Below, piece after piece: positions 18,221-27,114 of a stretch of DNA of 54,032 nucleotides. The notes under the pieces are model-generated. The model ran no database searches. It was not told the DNA's origin and saw only the letters and a list, made by a program, of their open reading frames with translations. A program made the position numbers and the translations under genes. The stretch lies in contig JBFMCO010000031.1 in NCBI GenBank assembly GCA_040754495.1, positions 1 to 54,032 of the forward strand, written 5' to 3'. The stretch comes from Candidatus Micrarchaeota archaeon (GTDB taxonomy: Archaea > Micrarchaeota > Micrarchaeia > Anstonellales > Bilamarchaeaceae). The first letter of the stretch is position 1; each line of letters starts with the position of its first letter.

Positions 18221-18627
18221 TTCCCCTCCTCCCTCTTGCGCCCGAGCTCAGCAGCCTCCTTGGAAAGCTCATCCGCCTCGGCGTTCTTCTCGCGCGGGAT
18301 GTGCTCGAAGCTGACTTTCAGCCCCTTGCAGAGATGCTCCACCCTCTCCTTGAGGGGCCGCAGCTCCGGGTCCCTGACCTTGTACTCCCCGTTGAGCTGC
18401 CGCACTATGAGCTGGCTGTCGCTTTTCACGTGCGCCTCCATCTCCCCCAGCTCGTGGATGGTCTCGAGGGCCCTTATCACCGCGGTGTATTCCGCTATGT
18501 TGTTCGTCCCCTGGCCGATGTACTCGCTGAGCTCCTCGATGCGCAGGCCGTCCCTGTAAATCACGACGCCTATACCCATCGGGCCGGGGTTTCCGAGCGA
18601 TGCCCCGTCTGTGAATATGACAAGCAT
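18217..18627 (-). CDS. rnhA: Ribonuclease HI
   Basis: IFTDGASLGNPG, TNNIAEY, KSDSQLIVRQLNGEYKV, PREKNAEADELS. Confidence 0.95.
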   Translation of the reverse strand: MLVIFTDGASLGNPGPMGIGVVIYRDGLRIEELSEYIGQGTNNIAEYTAVIRALETIHELGEMEAHVKSDSQLIVRQLNGEYKVRDPELRPLKERVEHLCKGLKVSFEHIPREKNAEADELSKEAAELGRKREEGK

Positions 18628-18650
18628 GCGAAATCCTCGGAGCGCAATCA

Positions 18651-18656
18651 TTTAAA
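18651..18656. promoter_or_regulatory. Shared TATA box between divergent rnhA and PH-domain genes
   Basis: Palindromic TTTAAA is 24 nt from ATG 18627 (-) and 22 nt from ATG 18678 (+). Confidence 0.55.
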
Positions 18657-18677
18657 TCTGCAGCGGCTTATCCCTGC

Positions 18678-19127
18678 ATGGCGCGTTCTTTCCATCCGCA
18701 CCCAATAGTCGGGGTAACGAAAGTTATCCTCATGGCGCTCATCCTCACCGGCCTGCTCTTCTTAATCCGGGAGTTCCTGGACCGCATATTCGTCACCCTG
18801 CTCGTGCTGCTCTGGCTCATGACCTTCGCGTTCGCCCTTCTGGCCTTCCTCGCCTCGCGCTTCCACACCCTCACGCTTGAGGAGAACAGCATCATTTACC
18901 ACTCGGGCCTCATCTCCACGCGCAACGTCATACTTCCGTACGCAAAAATCACCGAGGCAAGCTACACCCAGGGCCTCGTGCAGCGCGTCTTCGGAGTGGG
19001 GACGCTCAAGATAGACACGGCAGGCGGCTCGGACGTGGCGATATACCTGAACGACGTAAAGTACGACGACCTGAAAAAGATACTCGGGGAAGTGAATACG
19101 AGGGGCGGCAAAGGGGACGGCACATAA
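18678..19127 (+). CDS. Bacterial-type PH domain (bPH_2) membrane protein
   Basis: 2 TM then GLIS...IPY.KI....YTQG..QR.FGVGTL.I.TAG pattern. Confidence 0.88.
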   Translation: MARSFHPHPIVGVTKVILMALILTGLLFLIREFLDRIFVTLLVLLWLMTFAFALLAFLASRFHTLTLEENSIIYHSGLISTRNVILPYAKITEASYTQGLVQRVFGVGTLKIDTAGGSDVAIYLNDVKYDDLKKILGEVNTRGGKGDGT

Positions 19128-19190
19128 GGGCAGCCGGCATCGGGCACGCGGTTCCCGGCTTCGGTTTCCGGTTTTGCGTTTTGGGTTTTG
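19128..19190. repeat. Degenerate 7-bp-periodic intergenic repeat
   Basis: ggcagcc ggcatcg ggcacgc ggttccc ggcttc ggtttcc ggttttg cgttttg ggttttg. Confidence 0.75.
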
Positions 19191-19192
19191 CT

Positions 19193-19687
19193 ATGACAAA
19201 AGGATTTGAGTTCTCGGACATGTTCCTCATAATCAGGGACAAATCCCTCATACTCAAGCTGCGCAGCCTCGGCGCCGGGGTGGAGGAGGAGGAGCAGACT
19301 AGGATAACGTACCTGGAGGCGGCATATTTCGCAGAGCGCGGCGTAATCCCGCTTCCCAGGGACGACCTCATAGCCCGCGCCGCGGGCAAAGACGCCCTCG
19401 CGCACGAGAAATTCGCAATCATAAAGCACCTGCGCGACCGGGGCTACATCGTGCGGCCGAGCCTGGATGGCACGCCTTATTTGCGCCTGCACAGGAAGGG
19501 CCTGCGGCCCGGCGAGGACAAGACGTATTACCTGCTCGAAGTCGTGCCGGAAGGCTGGAAAGCGGGCATCGAAAGCCTTCTCCCTTCCCTTGAAACCGCA
19601 GGCAGGCTCAGGAAGGAGCTTGCCATAGCCATCCCCGGCCCGAAGGGCCCGCTCTTCATAAAATTCTCCAGGGCCACTTTCGACTGA
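19193..19687 (+). CDS. endA: tRNA splicing endonuclease subunit, probably non-catalytic (structural) type
   Basis: ITYLEAAYF, KHLRDRGYIVR and RLRKELAIAI fit the EndA fold. Catalytic Tyr and His positions read H and K. Confidence 0.8.
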   Translation: MTKGFEFSDMFLIIRDKSLILKLRSLGAGVEEEEQTRITYLEAAYFAERGVIPLPRDDLIARAAGKDALAHEKFAIIKHLRDRGYIVRPSLDGTPYLRLHRKGLRPGEDKTYYLLEVVPEGWKAGIESLLPSLETAGRLRKELAIAIPGPKGPLFIKFSRATFD

Positions 19688-19743
19688 ACCACTCTATTAT
19701 AAAATCTCACATCAAATCAGCCTATGTTTTATGGTGATCAGCC

Positions 19744-20499
19744 ATGGATAGGGCATTTGTAATCTCGGGCACATCAGTCGAGGCCGGGCAGCAGAAGCCG
19801 GCCGCCGCAGTCCTTTTCTCCAATTCCGCGCCTAAAATGCAGTCGCTTTTGCCGCTCGGATTCCAGGACATACGGTCTGTCGAGGAAGCAAGGCCGCTCT
19901 CGAAGCAGCCGACCGAGCCGACGGCATACGTCTTCTCTCCCGGCTCATGCAGAATCGGCATCGTCCGCCTGGACTGGTCCGGCAATATCGTCAGCAAGGC
20001 GGCCGCGGCCGGTGAGCCGCATGCGATGATTCCTCCTGTTTCCGGCCCTGCTGCAGACCGCGTCCTCTACCAGCCGAAGGCCTATGTCATCTCGGCGCAG
20101 GTCCGGGAGGGGCGGGTGGCAAGGCCGGTCGTGGCGGTCCTTTTCATCAAGCCCGAGCCCGGGGAGAAGGCGATGCAGCCGGACAAGAAGACCCTAAGCC
20201 GCATAGGCCTCTGCGACATCCAGTCCGTGGAGCAGGTCTCGACCGGAGCCGACCTCCGCGGCTGCGCGCTTTACGTTTTCGAGAGGACGCCCGCGGCCAG
20301 ATCCGTCTCGGTCATCGGCCTTGCCCGGGATGGCAGCGAGCGCCAGCGGCAGGAGCGGAGGGGCGAGCCGCACTCAATCATCCCGCCGGTTGCAGGCTCC
20401 GCGGCGGAGCGCCTCCTCTACCCGAGAGGCGCGCTTTCGGGCAATGACTTCCCGAGGCAGCCGCAGGGCCAGGCCCAGAGGCGCAGGACCACCCTTTAA
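19744..20499 (+). CDS. Hypothetical protein made of two tandem copies of an unrecognised ~110-aa domain
   Basis: A(F/Y)VIS..AVLF..G..DI.SVE..YVF..GEPH..IPPV.G.AA.R.LY occurs twice. Confidence 0.8.
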   Translation: MDRAFVISGTSVEAGQQKPAAAVLFSNSAPKMQSLLPLGFQDIRSVEEARPLSKQPTEPTAYVFSPGSCRIGIVRLDWSGNIVSKAAAAGEPHAMIPPVSGPAADRVLYQPKAYVISAQVREGRVARPVVAVLFIKPEPGEKAMQPDKKTLSRIGLCDIQSVEQVSTGADLRGCALYVFERTPAARSVSVIGLARDGSERQRQERRGEPHSIIPPVAGSAAERLLYPRGALSGNDFPRQPQGQAQRRRTTL

Positions 20500-20524
20500 A
20501 AAGCGGCCCGGATAGAACCATGCC

Positions 20525-21238
20525 ATGAAGCCGCTATTGCTCATCGGGCTCATGGCCATACTGCTCTCCGGATGCATAGCCATCGACTACAATCAGAAGG
20601 TGGACCGTGACGGGGGCTCAGTCATCACCCAGAGGATGAACTTCAGCGGGCTGCTCGCGCTCGGCAACGGCTCCAGCGCTTCGATGTCCGACCTGTCCGG
20701 CATGTGCGAGAACGTGACGGAAGGGCAGAGCGGCATCGGCTGCACGTACGCTGACGGCGTAGTAACACTTAACAAGAGCGTCGGGGCCGATGAGGGCGTC
20801 TATCTTTTCAACCGGAGCTCAGAGTTCCCGTACGTCATCTACACGCTGGAAGTGAGGAAAGCGCCCCAGCTCGTGGAATCCGAGGTGTCGGCGCAGGGAG
20901 GGGCGGGCGCCGGCATGCCTGCCGACTCGGACTTCAAGGACCCATCATCCAAGCTCGCGGCCACGACGCTACGCACCGCCGGGGCGAAGATGACATACAC
21001 GGTCGAGATGCCCGGCGAGCTGATAAGCGCGGAGAACGGCGAGATAATACTGGAACCCGGAACCGGCAGGAAATTCGCCCGCTACGACCTTATCGAGCTC
21101 ATGAGTGCAGGCAATTACGCGGTCGTAAAATCCAGGGAGCTGGACCTGCTCATGATAGGCGCGGCCGCAGGGGCGGTCGTCCTTTTGATTGGGGCGCTCG
21201 CGGTCGCGGCCGTCCTCCTCAAGGCGATGAAGCGCTAG
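20525..21238 (+). CDS. Membrane-anchored lipoprotein-like protein (LppM/DUF3153-like)
   Basis: LLSGC lipobox, V..DGG, MTYTVEMPGELISAENG, C-terminal TM followed by basic residues. Confidence 0.65.
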   Translation: MKPLLLIGLMAILLSGCIAIDYNQKVDRDGGSVITQRMNFSGLLALGNGSSASMSDLSGMCENVTEGQSGIGCTYADGVVTLNKSVGADEGVYLFNRSSEFPYVIYTLEVRKAPQLVESEVSAQGGAGAGMPADSDFKDPSSKLAATTLRTAGAKMTYTVEMPGELISAENGEIILEPGTGRKFARYDLIELMSAGNYAVVKSRELDLLMIGAAAGAVVLLIGALAVAAVLLKAMKR

Positions 21239-21268
21239 GTTAATTAAGCGGGAGCGAGAAGCCACCGC

Positions 21269-22780
21269 ATGGCCGAATCCTTGGGGACGATTATCACCAC
21301 CGAAGAGTCTCCTTCGACATCCGAGTTCTATTTCGTTCTGAAGATCGGGGGCGTCCGCAAGGGCCAGTACGTCCAGGTGCCCCATGGCCGGGGGCTTCTC
21401 TTCGGGTTCGTGTCCGAGGTCTACAAGTCGAACCGGTATTTCGAGAGGGCCGAGAGCGTGGCCGAGTTCGAGCGCGGCTCCAGCATGTCATCCAATTTTC
21501 CTTCATCCTCCTGGGAATACATCCTTGGCGCCGTGAAGGTGCTCGGCGTGTTCGAGGAAGGGCGGTTCGAGAGGGCCTTCAGCCCCCCCTCGCCCGGCGG
21601 CCCGGTCTTCATCGCCGAAGGCCCCATCCTGCGCTCGTTCCTCGGCTTCGAGGACACGGGCCTGCACCTGGGCTCAATCGAGCACCATGACGTGCAGGCG
21701 AGCATCTCCCTCACGCGCCTCCTGCAGAAGCACATGGCCATCCTGGCCATGAGCGGGGCCGGCAAGTCCCACCTAGCGTGCGTCCTCCTCGAGGAGCTCC
21801 TCGGGCGGAAGAGGGAGGATGGCCGCGTGGCCGTGGTCGTGGTGGACATCCACGGGGAATACCTGGGTTTTGCGCACGACCCAGTCTTCGGGAAGAGGAC
21901 CACGGTGGTAGAGGGAAGCAGGATGAGCGTCCCCCTGAAGAAAGTGTCGCCGGAGACGATGATGGAGTGGCTTCCCCACCTGTCAGCGCCCCAGCGCGAC
22001 GTCCTGCGGCACGCCCTTTCGCAGCTCCGTGAGGAGAGGAAGGACTCCGCGGGATATTCGTTCAAGGACCTCCTGGACACGGTGGAGAAGGCCGACGTTT
22101 CCAAGGACGAGGTGAAGCGCGCGCTGCGGCGCAGCCTCATGGAACTGAAGCGCTATCACTTCCTCTCGCCCGCCGCGGAGAACCCGAAGCTCGCATCCGA
22201 GGTCCGGCCCGGGCACCTGCTCGTCCTTGACTTCAGCACGCTCGATTCCATGCGCAAGAAGCAGATTCTCGTGTCGCTTACCGCCCGGCGTCTCTTCAAT
22301 CTGCGCAAGAAGGGCAGGATACCCCCGTTCCTCCTGCTGATAGAGGAGGCGCACAATTTCGCGAGGGAGAAGGCCGAGGAGAGCGAGGCCGTCTCCCGCG
22401 CCATAATAGAGACGATAGCCCGCGAGGGGCGCAAGTTCGGCGCATCGCTCTGCCTGATAAGCCAGAGGCCGGTGAACCTGAGCACCACCGCCCTCTCCCA
22501 GTGCAACACCCACATCATACTGAGGGTGACCAACCCCAACGACCTGGACCACATCCAGATGAGTTCGGAAGGCATAGACGCGAGGGTGGCCAAAAGCATC
22601 ACCGGCCTGAAAGTCGGCGAGGCCATCCTGGTCGGCGAGGCCGTGAACCATCCTGTTTTCATACGCGTGCGAGGCCGGAAATCCGAGAAGCGCGAGAAGG
22701 GCGCGCCCCTGCACACTCAGGCAGTGGAGTTCGAGAAGAACCAGGAGAGGAAGGAGAAGAACGCCGAGGCTTTCATCTAG
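21269..22780 (+). CDS. herA: HerA-like ATPase (HAS barrel + HerA/FtsK motor)
   Basis: HAS-barrel N-terminus (GQYVQV..FGFVSEV), Walker A AMSGAGKS, Walker B LIEEAHNF, IAREGRKFG, ISQRP. Confidence 0.88.
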   Translation: MAESLGTIITTEESPSTSEFYFVLKIGGVRKGQYVQVPHGRGLLFGFVSEVYKSNRYFERAESVAEFERGSSMSSNFPSSSWEYILGAVKVLGVFEEGRFERAFSPPSPGGPVFIAEGPILRSFLGFEDTGLHLGSIEHHDVQASISLTRLLQKHMAILAMSGAGKSHLACVLLEELLGRKREDGRVAVVVVDIHGEYLGFAHDPVFGKRTTVVEGSRMSVPLKKVSPETMMEWLPHLSAPQRDVLRHALSQLREERKDSAGYSFKDLLDTVEKADVSKDEVKRALRRSLMELKRYHFLSPAAENPKLASEVRPGHLLVLDFSTLDSMRKKQILVSLTARRLFNLRKKGRIPPFLLLIEEAHNFAREKAEESEAVSRAIIETIAREGRKFGASLCLISQRPVNLSTTALSQCNTHIILRVTNPNDLDHIQMSSEGIDARVAKSITGLKVGEAILVGEAVNHPVFIRVRGRKSEKREKGAPLHTQAVEFEKNQERKEKNAEAFI

Positions 22781-22857
22781 CCTGATTATGGCCGCCTTTC
22801 TTCTGCCCCGCAGGGCAGTACATCCGAACGTTCGCAGACACAAACTGCCATTATGTG

Positions 22858-22946
22858 GTGGTTTTGAGTCCCGGGTTTCCAGTCCCGGACGAAATAGCAG
22901 TTTGCAATATTCGCAGCCAAAACAGGAAACTGGAAACCGAAAAGCG
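22858..22946. repeat. Degenerate 7-bp-periodic intergenic repeat in inverted arrangement
   Basis: tggtttt gagtccc gggtttc cagtccc ... gcagcca aaacagg aaactgg aaaccga aaagcgc. Confidence 0.65.
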
Positions 22947-23037
22947 CCGTAGTAGTGCAGACGTGGCAGAAGATGTTCGGAACTACTGGCAGGGCGCATG
23001 GGAGATACTTTTTAATCCTTGAGAAAGATATAGCCGC

Positions 23038-23865
23038 ATGTACGGCCGTCCGGTTCTGGTCCTGCTTCTACTGCTCTCATCGTCCTTTGCGCTGGACATA
23101 GTCTCACCCTCGGTCATCGACGTGGAGGACGGGGACGTAATCGACATCGGCACGATAGGCCCGGGGCAGACGGTTTCGATACTCATCGACCCCATAGCGA
23201 AGGAGGGCGGCCTCCACGGGCAGGGCGGGCAGTATGACGAGGCCCTGGTCATGGACCTGCCAAAGGGCTGGACGAGCGAGGACAGCAAGCTCTACCAGAA
23301 CCCGCTCCAGGTTACGATAACGGCCGACCCGGATGCGCCTGAGGGCAACTACACGGCGCGCGTGAGGGTTATAGACGAGAACAACGGCGAGCTTCTCGGC
23401 AACGTCACCTTCGAGGTCAAGGTGCGCGTGACGTGGGACGTCATGGATTTCGACGTCTCGCCCACATACAAGACCGTCGGCCCGGGCCAGCCGGCCCGCT
23501 TCGAGCTGAAAATCCGGAACAAGGGCTCGACAAGCGACGTCTTCCAGGTGAGCGCGACCGGGGCAAAGAGATGGGAGTTCGTGAAGCCCGTCTTCGTCCC
23601 CGCGCAGAGCACGAAGACATTCTACTACGAAATCGTCGCGGACGAGGAGGAGACGTACAAGACCACCCTGAAGGTCGTCTCGATGGCGAGCGACAACATC
23701 GCCGACGAGAAGAACGTCACGCTGTTCGTCCAGTCCAACCTCATGGGGGACTACCGGGCGGCCAACAACGGCGTAATCGTCTTCCCGATTTTCGAGGCCC
23801 CGATATATGCCGCGGCCGGCCTGGTCTCCAGCGTCCTGGACGCGACAATGTCCGCTTTCCGCTAA
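23038..23865 (+). CDS. Secreted/surface protein with two Ig-like (COG1470/NPCBM-associated-type) domains
   Basis: Signal peptide; VTITADPDAPEGNYTARV; FELKIRNKGSTSDVF; hydrophobic C-terminus. Confidence 0.7.
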   Translation: MYGRPVLVLLLLLSSSFALDIVSPSVIDVEDGDVIDIGTIGPGQTVSILIDPIAKEGGLHGQGGQYDEALVMDLPKGWTSEDSKLYQNPLQVTITADPDAPEGNYTARVRVIDENNGELLGNVTFEVKVRVTWDVMDFDVSPTYKTVGPGQPARFELKIRNKGSTSDVFQVSATGAKRWEFVKPVFVPAQSTKTFYYEIVADEEETYKTTLKVVSMASDNIADEKNVTLFVQSNLMGDYRAANNGVIVFPIFEAPIYAAAGLVSSVLDATMSAFR

Positions 23866-23897
23866 TCCTAAAAACCGCTCCGGACATCAAATATGCA

Positions 23898-25415
23898 ATG
23901 TCAAGGAGAGAGGCTATAGACTCGGCTGTCCGCAGGCTTATTGCCGGAGAGAGGAACCTGGACAGGATAAAGCGCGACGAGTGCAGGCATTATCGCATCG
24001 GCTCCATGCTCAAGAACCCGGAGCTAATCGAGGCGTTCCCCCCCGGGACGCTCACGAGGGAGCTTCACGAGCTCCTGCTGAAGAAGCCCTCGAGGACCCT
24101 CTCCGGAGTGACTCCGGTCGCTGTGATGATACGGCCGCAGAATTCATGCAGGTGGGGCTGCGCATACTGCCCCTTCACCGGCCTTGCAGCGAAAAGCTAC
24201 ACAGGCTTCGAGCCTGCGGCGCTCCGGGGAAGGCAGTACGGCTTCGACCCCTCCCTCCAGGCGTCGAGCAGGGTGAGGCAGTTCGAGGGCGGCGGCCACC
24301 CGGCCGACAAGTGCGAGGTCATAGTGATGGGCGGGACGTTCCTGGAGACGGAGCCGGCATACAAGCGCGATTTCATCAAGGGCATATACGACGGCCTGAA
24401 CGGGTTCCGCTCAGCGTCGCTCGGAGAGGCGATAGCCGCAAACGAGCGCGCCCCCACGCACAGGGCGGTCGGCCTCACAATCGAGACGAGGCCTGACGTG
24501 TGCGTGGGGCACATCGGGGAGATGCTCTCCTACGGCGCCACCCGCGTGGAGCTCGGCGTCCAGCATCCGGACGATGAAATCTACCGGCTCATAAACCGCG
24601 GCCATCTCGTGAAGGATGTCGTGGAATCGACGAGGGCCCTGAAAGACGCCGCCTTCAAGGTGCTCTACCACATCATGCCCGGCCTCCCTGGCTCCGGGAA
24701 GGAGAAGGACGTGTCATCGGTCCGGCGCATCTTCGAGGACGGGCGGTTCAGGCCCGACATGCTCAAGATATACCCGACGCTTGTCATGAAGGGCACTGCG
24801 CTCCATTCGATGATGGAGCGCGGGGAATATTCGCCATACAGCGCGGAGGAGGCAGCGGACGTCATATCGGAGTTCTACCGCCACATCCCGGGCTATGTGC
24901 GCGTGATGCGCATCCAGCGCGACATCCCTGCCGGCCGCATCGAGAGCGGCGTCAAGAAGAGCAACCTCAGGGAGCTTGTGGATGCGAAGATAAAGGAGAA
25001 GGGCATCAGGCCGATGGAGATACGCTCCCGCGAAATAGGCCTCCGGGGCGGGGCCAAAGGGGGCCTTGAGATGCGCACGCTCGAATACGGTGCGAGCGGC
25101 GGCAAGGAGTTATTCCTGTCATTCGAGGACGAGGAGGACCTCATCGCGGGCTTCCTCCGGCTCAGGCTGCCAGGCGTTGCGGGGACGCGCGCGTTCGTGC
25201 GGGAGCTGCACGTCTACGGGAGCGAGGTGCCGTTGGACGGCGAGGGGAAGGTCCAGCACCGGGGCCTTGGCACGAGGCTCCTTGCGGAAGCGGAACGACT
25301 GGCCGGGGAGGAGGGGATGAAAGAGCTTGCGATAATAAGCGGAGTAGGCGTAAGGGAATATTACAGGAAAAGGGGTTATTCGCTAAAAGGGCCGTACATG
25401 TGCAGGGGGTTGTGA
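23898..25415 (+). CDS. elp3: Elp3 tRNA uridine(34) acetyltransferase (radical SAM + GNAT)
   Basis: KPSRTLSGVTPVAVM, CRWGCAYCP, IETRPD, TRVELGVQ, DMLKIYPT, RELHVYG, QHRGLG, VREYYRKRGY. Confidence 0.97.
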   Translation: MSRREAIDSAVRRLIAGERNLDRIKRDECRHYRIGSMLKNPELIEAFPPGTLTRELHELLLKKPSRTLSGVTPVAVMIRPQNSCRWGCAYCPFTGLAAKSYTGFEPAALRGRQYGFDPSLQASSRVRQFEGGGHPADKCEVIVMGGTFLETEPAYKRDFIKGIYDGLNGFRSASLGEAIAANERAPTHRAVGLTIETRPDVCVGHIGEMLSYGATRVELGVQHPDDEIYRLINRGHLVKDVVESTRALKDAAFKVLYHIMPGLPGSGKEKDVSSVRRIFEDGRFRPDMLKIYPTLVMKGTALHSMMERGEYSPYSAEEAADVISEFYRHIPGYVRVMRIQRDIPAGRIESGVKKSNLRELVDAKIKEKGIRPMEIRSREIGLRGGAKGGLEMRTLEYGASGGKELFLSFEDEEDLIAGFLRLRLPGVAGTRAFVRELHVYGSEVPLDGEGKVQHRGLGTRLLAEAERLAGEEGMKELAIISGVGVREYYRKRGYSLKGPYMCRGL

Positions 25416-25418
25416 TGG

Positions 25419-26300
25419 ATGGGCGATGGTGCGGGCGCGGAACGCGCGAGGCCTCTTCTGGAAGGAATAGAGAAGCGCCTGGAGATGGAGGCCGAGGGCG
25501 CGGACGCGGCGAAGGCCGGCCTGCGGGGCTTGCGGAGCGAACTCCAATCCTGGCTGGAGCGCGGCGGGACTGAGGGAGAGTTCCGCAATATAGAGCGCAG
25601 GGCCCTCGGCCTTTTCAACGAATTCGACCGGGCGAGGTTCTTCGGGACGCACCGCATCGTGAGGGCTGATTTGCCGACGCCCGAGCGCAGCGAGGAGGCG
25701 GTTACCCTCTCGGAATCCGACCGCGTCTCGGGCGAGCGGGCGCTCTACGGGATGCTCCGGAGCGAGACAATGGAAGAGGCATGGCTCTATGTGGAATACA
25801 CGAGAGGCGGGCGCCGGATGCACGCATGGTACGAGATAGGCGAGCAGGAGACCGCCGAGACGGCGAGGACCGCACTGTCCGACATAGCGGCGATACTTTC
25901 AGATATAGGGCCGGAAAGCATCGTCTCCCTGTCGCACTACCACATACACCCCACGGCCATCAAGCGGAGGGCGACGGTCTCCAACAACGACCTTTCCAGC
26001 TTCGTATTCATCTCCGAGAATGTCGCACGCAGGTTCCCGGGCCTTGCCGGGAGGATGGACATGAAAATTGTGAACGAGGAGGGGATATACACGCTGCGTG
26101 GCTACGACCTCCGCCGCTTCCAGGACGTAACCGGCCGCGTCCTGAGCGACGAGGGCGCCATGATGAAATGGTTCAGCATCCCCTTCAAGACAGGTACGGA
26201 TTTCGTGCGCGCTTGCCGGGAAATAGGGATAGAGGCGACGTTCTCGCAGCGCGGGCAGCGCAGGCTGCTTGCTGGCGGCCCGCGCACTGTCACGCCCTGA
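25419..26300 (+). CDS. Hypothetical protein with JAB/MPN-like metal-binding motif
   Basis: EEAWLY ... HYHIHP-x9-SNND resembles the JAB E...HxH...SxxD motif. Confidence 0.6.
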   Translation: MGDGAGAERARPLLEGIEKRLEMEAEGADAAKAGLRGLRSELQSWLERGGTEGEFRNIERRALGLFNEFDRARFFGTHRIVRADLPTPERSEEAVTLSESDRVSGERALYGMLRSETMEEAWLYVEYTRGGRRMHAWYEIGEQETAETARTALSDIAAILSDIGPESIVSLSHYHIHPTAIKRRATVSNNDLSSFVFISENVARRFPGLAGRMDMKIVNEEGIYTLRGYDLRRFQDVTGRVLSDEGAMMKWFSIPFKTGTDFVRACREIGIEATFSQRGQRRLLAGGPRTVTP

Positions 26301-26301
26301 A

Positions 26302-27114
26302 TCAGGGGGCCCCTGCGGCCAGTTTCTCCTCCTCGTGGTAGGTCTTCAGGAGCTCGTCCTGCTGCTTGAGGAGCTCAAGGTATTCCTTCTGGAGGTCGGC
26401 GAAATCCTTCTCCTCGTCGTCGCTGAACCTGCTGACCTGCCTGAGGGCGTTCTTGAGCTGGATGCGCGCGTTGAGGTCGGTCATCCTCCTGATGTTGTCC
26501 TCCAGGTGCGGCTTCGACGTCTCGCTCACCCAGACGGACCGGTTCTGCAGCTCGAGCCGGACCTCCCTCTCCACGGCCTCTTCGCAGGGCCTCAGCTCGG
26601 TTCCGGCAATCACGCAGCGGATGCCGCAGCGGCGCAGGAACCTGGCCAGCCTCTTCCTGTCTTCTTCGGGAAGCGAGCTTATGGAAAGCGGGGCATTGAC
26701 AGCGCCGGCGGCCACGGCGCCGGCAAGCGCCTTGCGCTCGCCGTCCTCCATGCGCGCCATCAGCACCGAAGCCTTGGCTATCTCGAAGCGGTTCGTGAAA
26801 TTCCTCTTCACAATCATGCCGCGCTCCTTGAGCGTCTGGAAAGCCTTGCCGTCCCTGACCTTCATCCCTTCCCTCAGGGCGTCCGGCGGGAACGATGCGA
26901 GGGCGGCGCCCAGCGCGTCCAGCCCTTCCTGGTCGGGAAAGACCAGCTCCACGCCGGCCGCGCGCGCCTTCGCGTCGAGCTCCGAGGCGCTTGAGCCCAC
27001 AGCCGCAAGCTCGCCGTCGACGTGCGCTCCCAGGACCGATTTCTGGAACTCCAGCTCAGCCTTTTTCTTTTTCAGCTCTATCAGCCTTGCCAAATCGCGT
27101 GCGCTTATCTCCAT
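26302..27114 (-). CDS. Hypothetical protein with N- and C-terminal coiled coils
   Basis: 270 aa, E/K/L/A-rich; fills the gap convergent to 25419..26300. Confidence 0.7.
   Translation of the reverse strand: MEISARDLARLIELKKKKAELEFQKSVLGAHVDGELAAVGSSASELDAKARAAGVELVFPDQEGLDALGAALASFPPDALREGMKVRDGKAFQTLKERGMIVKRNFTNRFEIAKASVLMARMEDGERKALAGAVAAGAVNAPLSISSLPEEDRKRLARFLRRCGIRCVIAGTELRPCEEAVEREVRLELQNRSVWVSETSKPHLEDNIRRMTDLNARIQLKNALRQVSRFSDDEEKDFADLQKEYLELLKQQDELLKTYHEEEKLAAGAP

Noticed and set aside
22781-23037. RNase P RNA or SRP RNA in the long intergenic gap
   Set aside because: The minus strand has an AGAAAGGCGGCCAUA stretch like the RNase P 3' region, but no matching GAGGAAAGUCC-type 5' strand, and the SRP helix-8 motif is absent.
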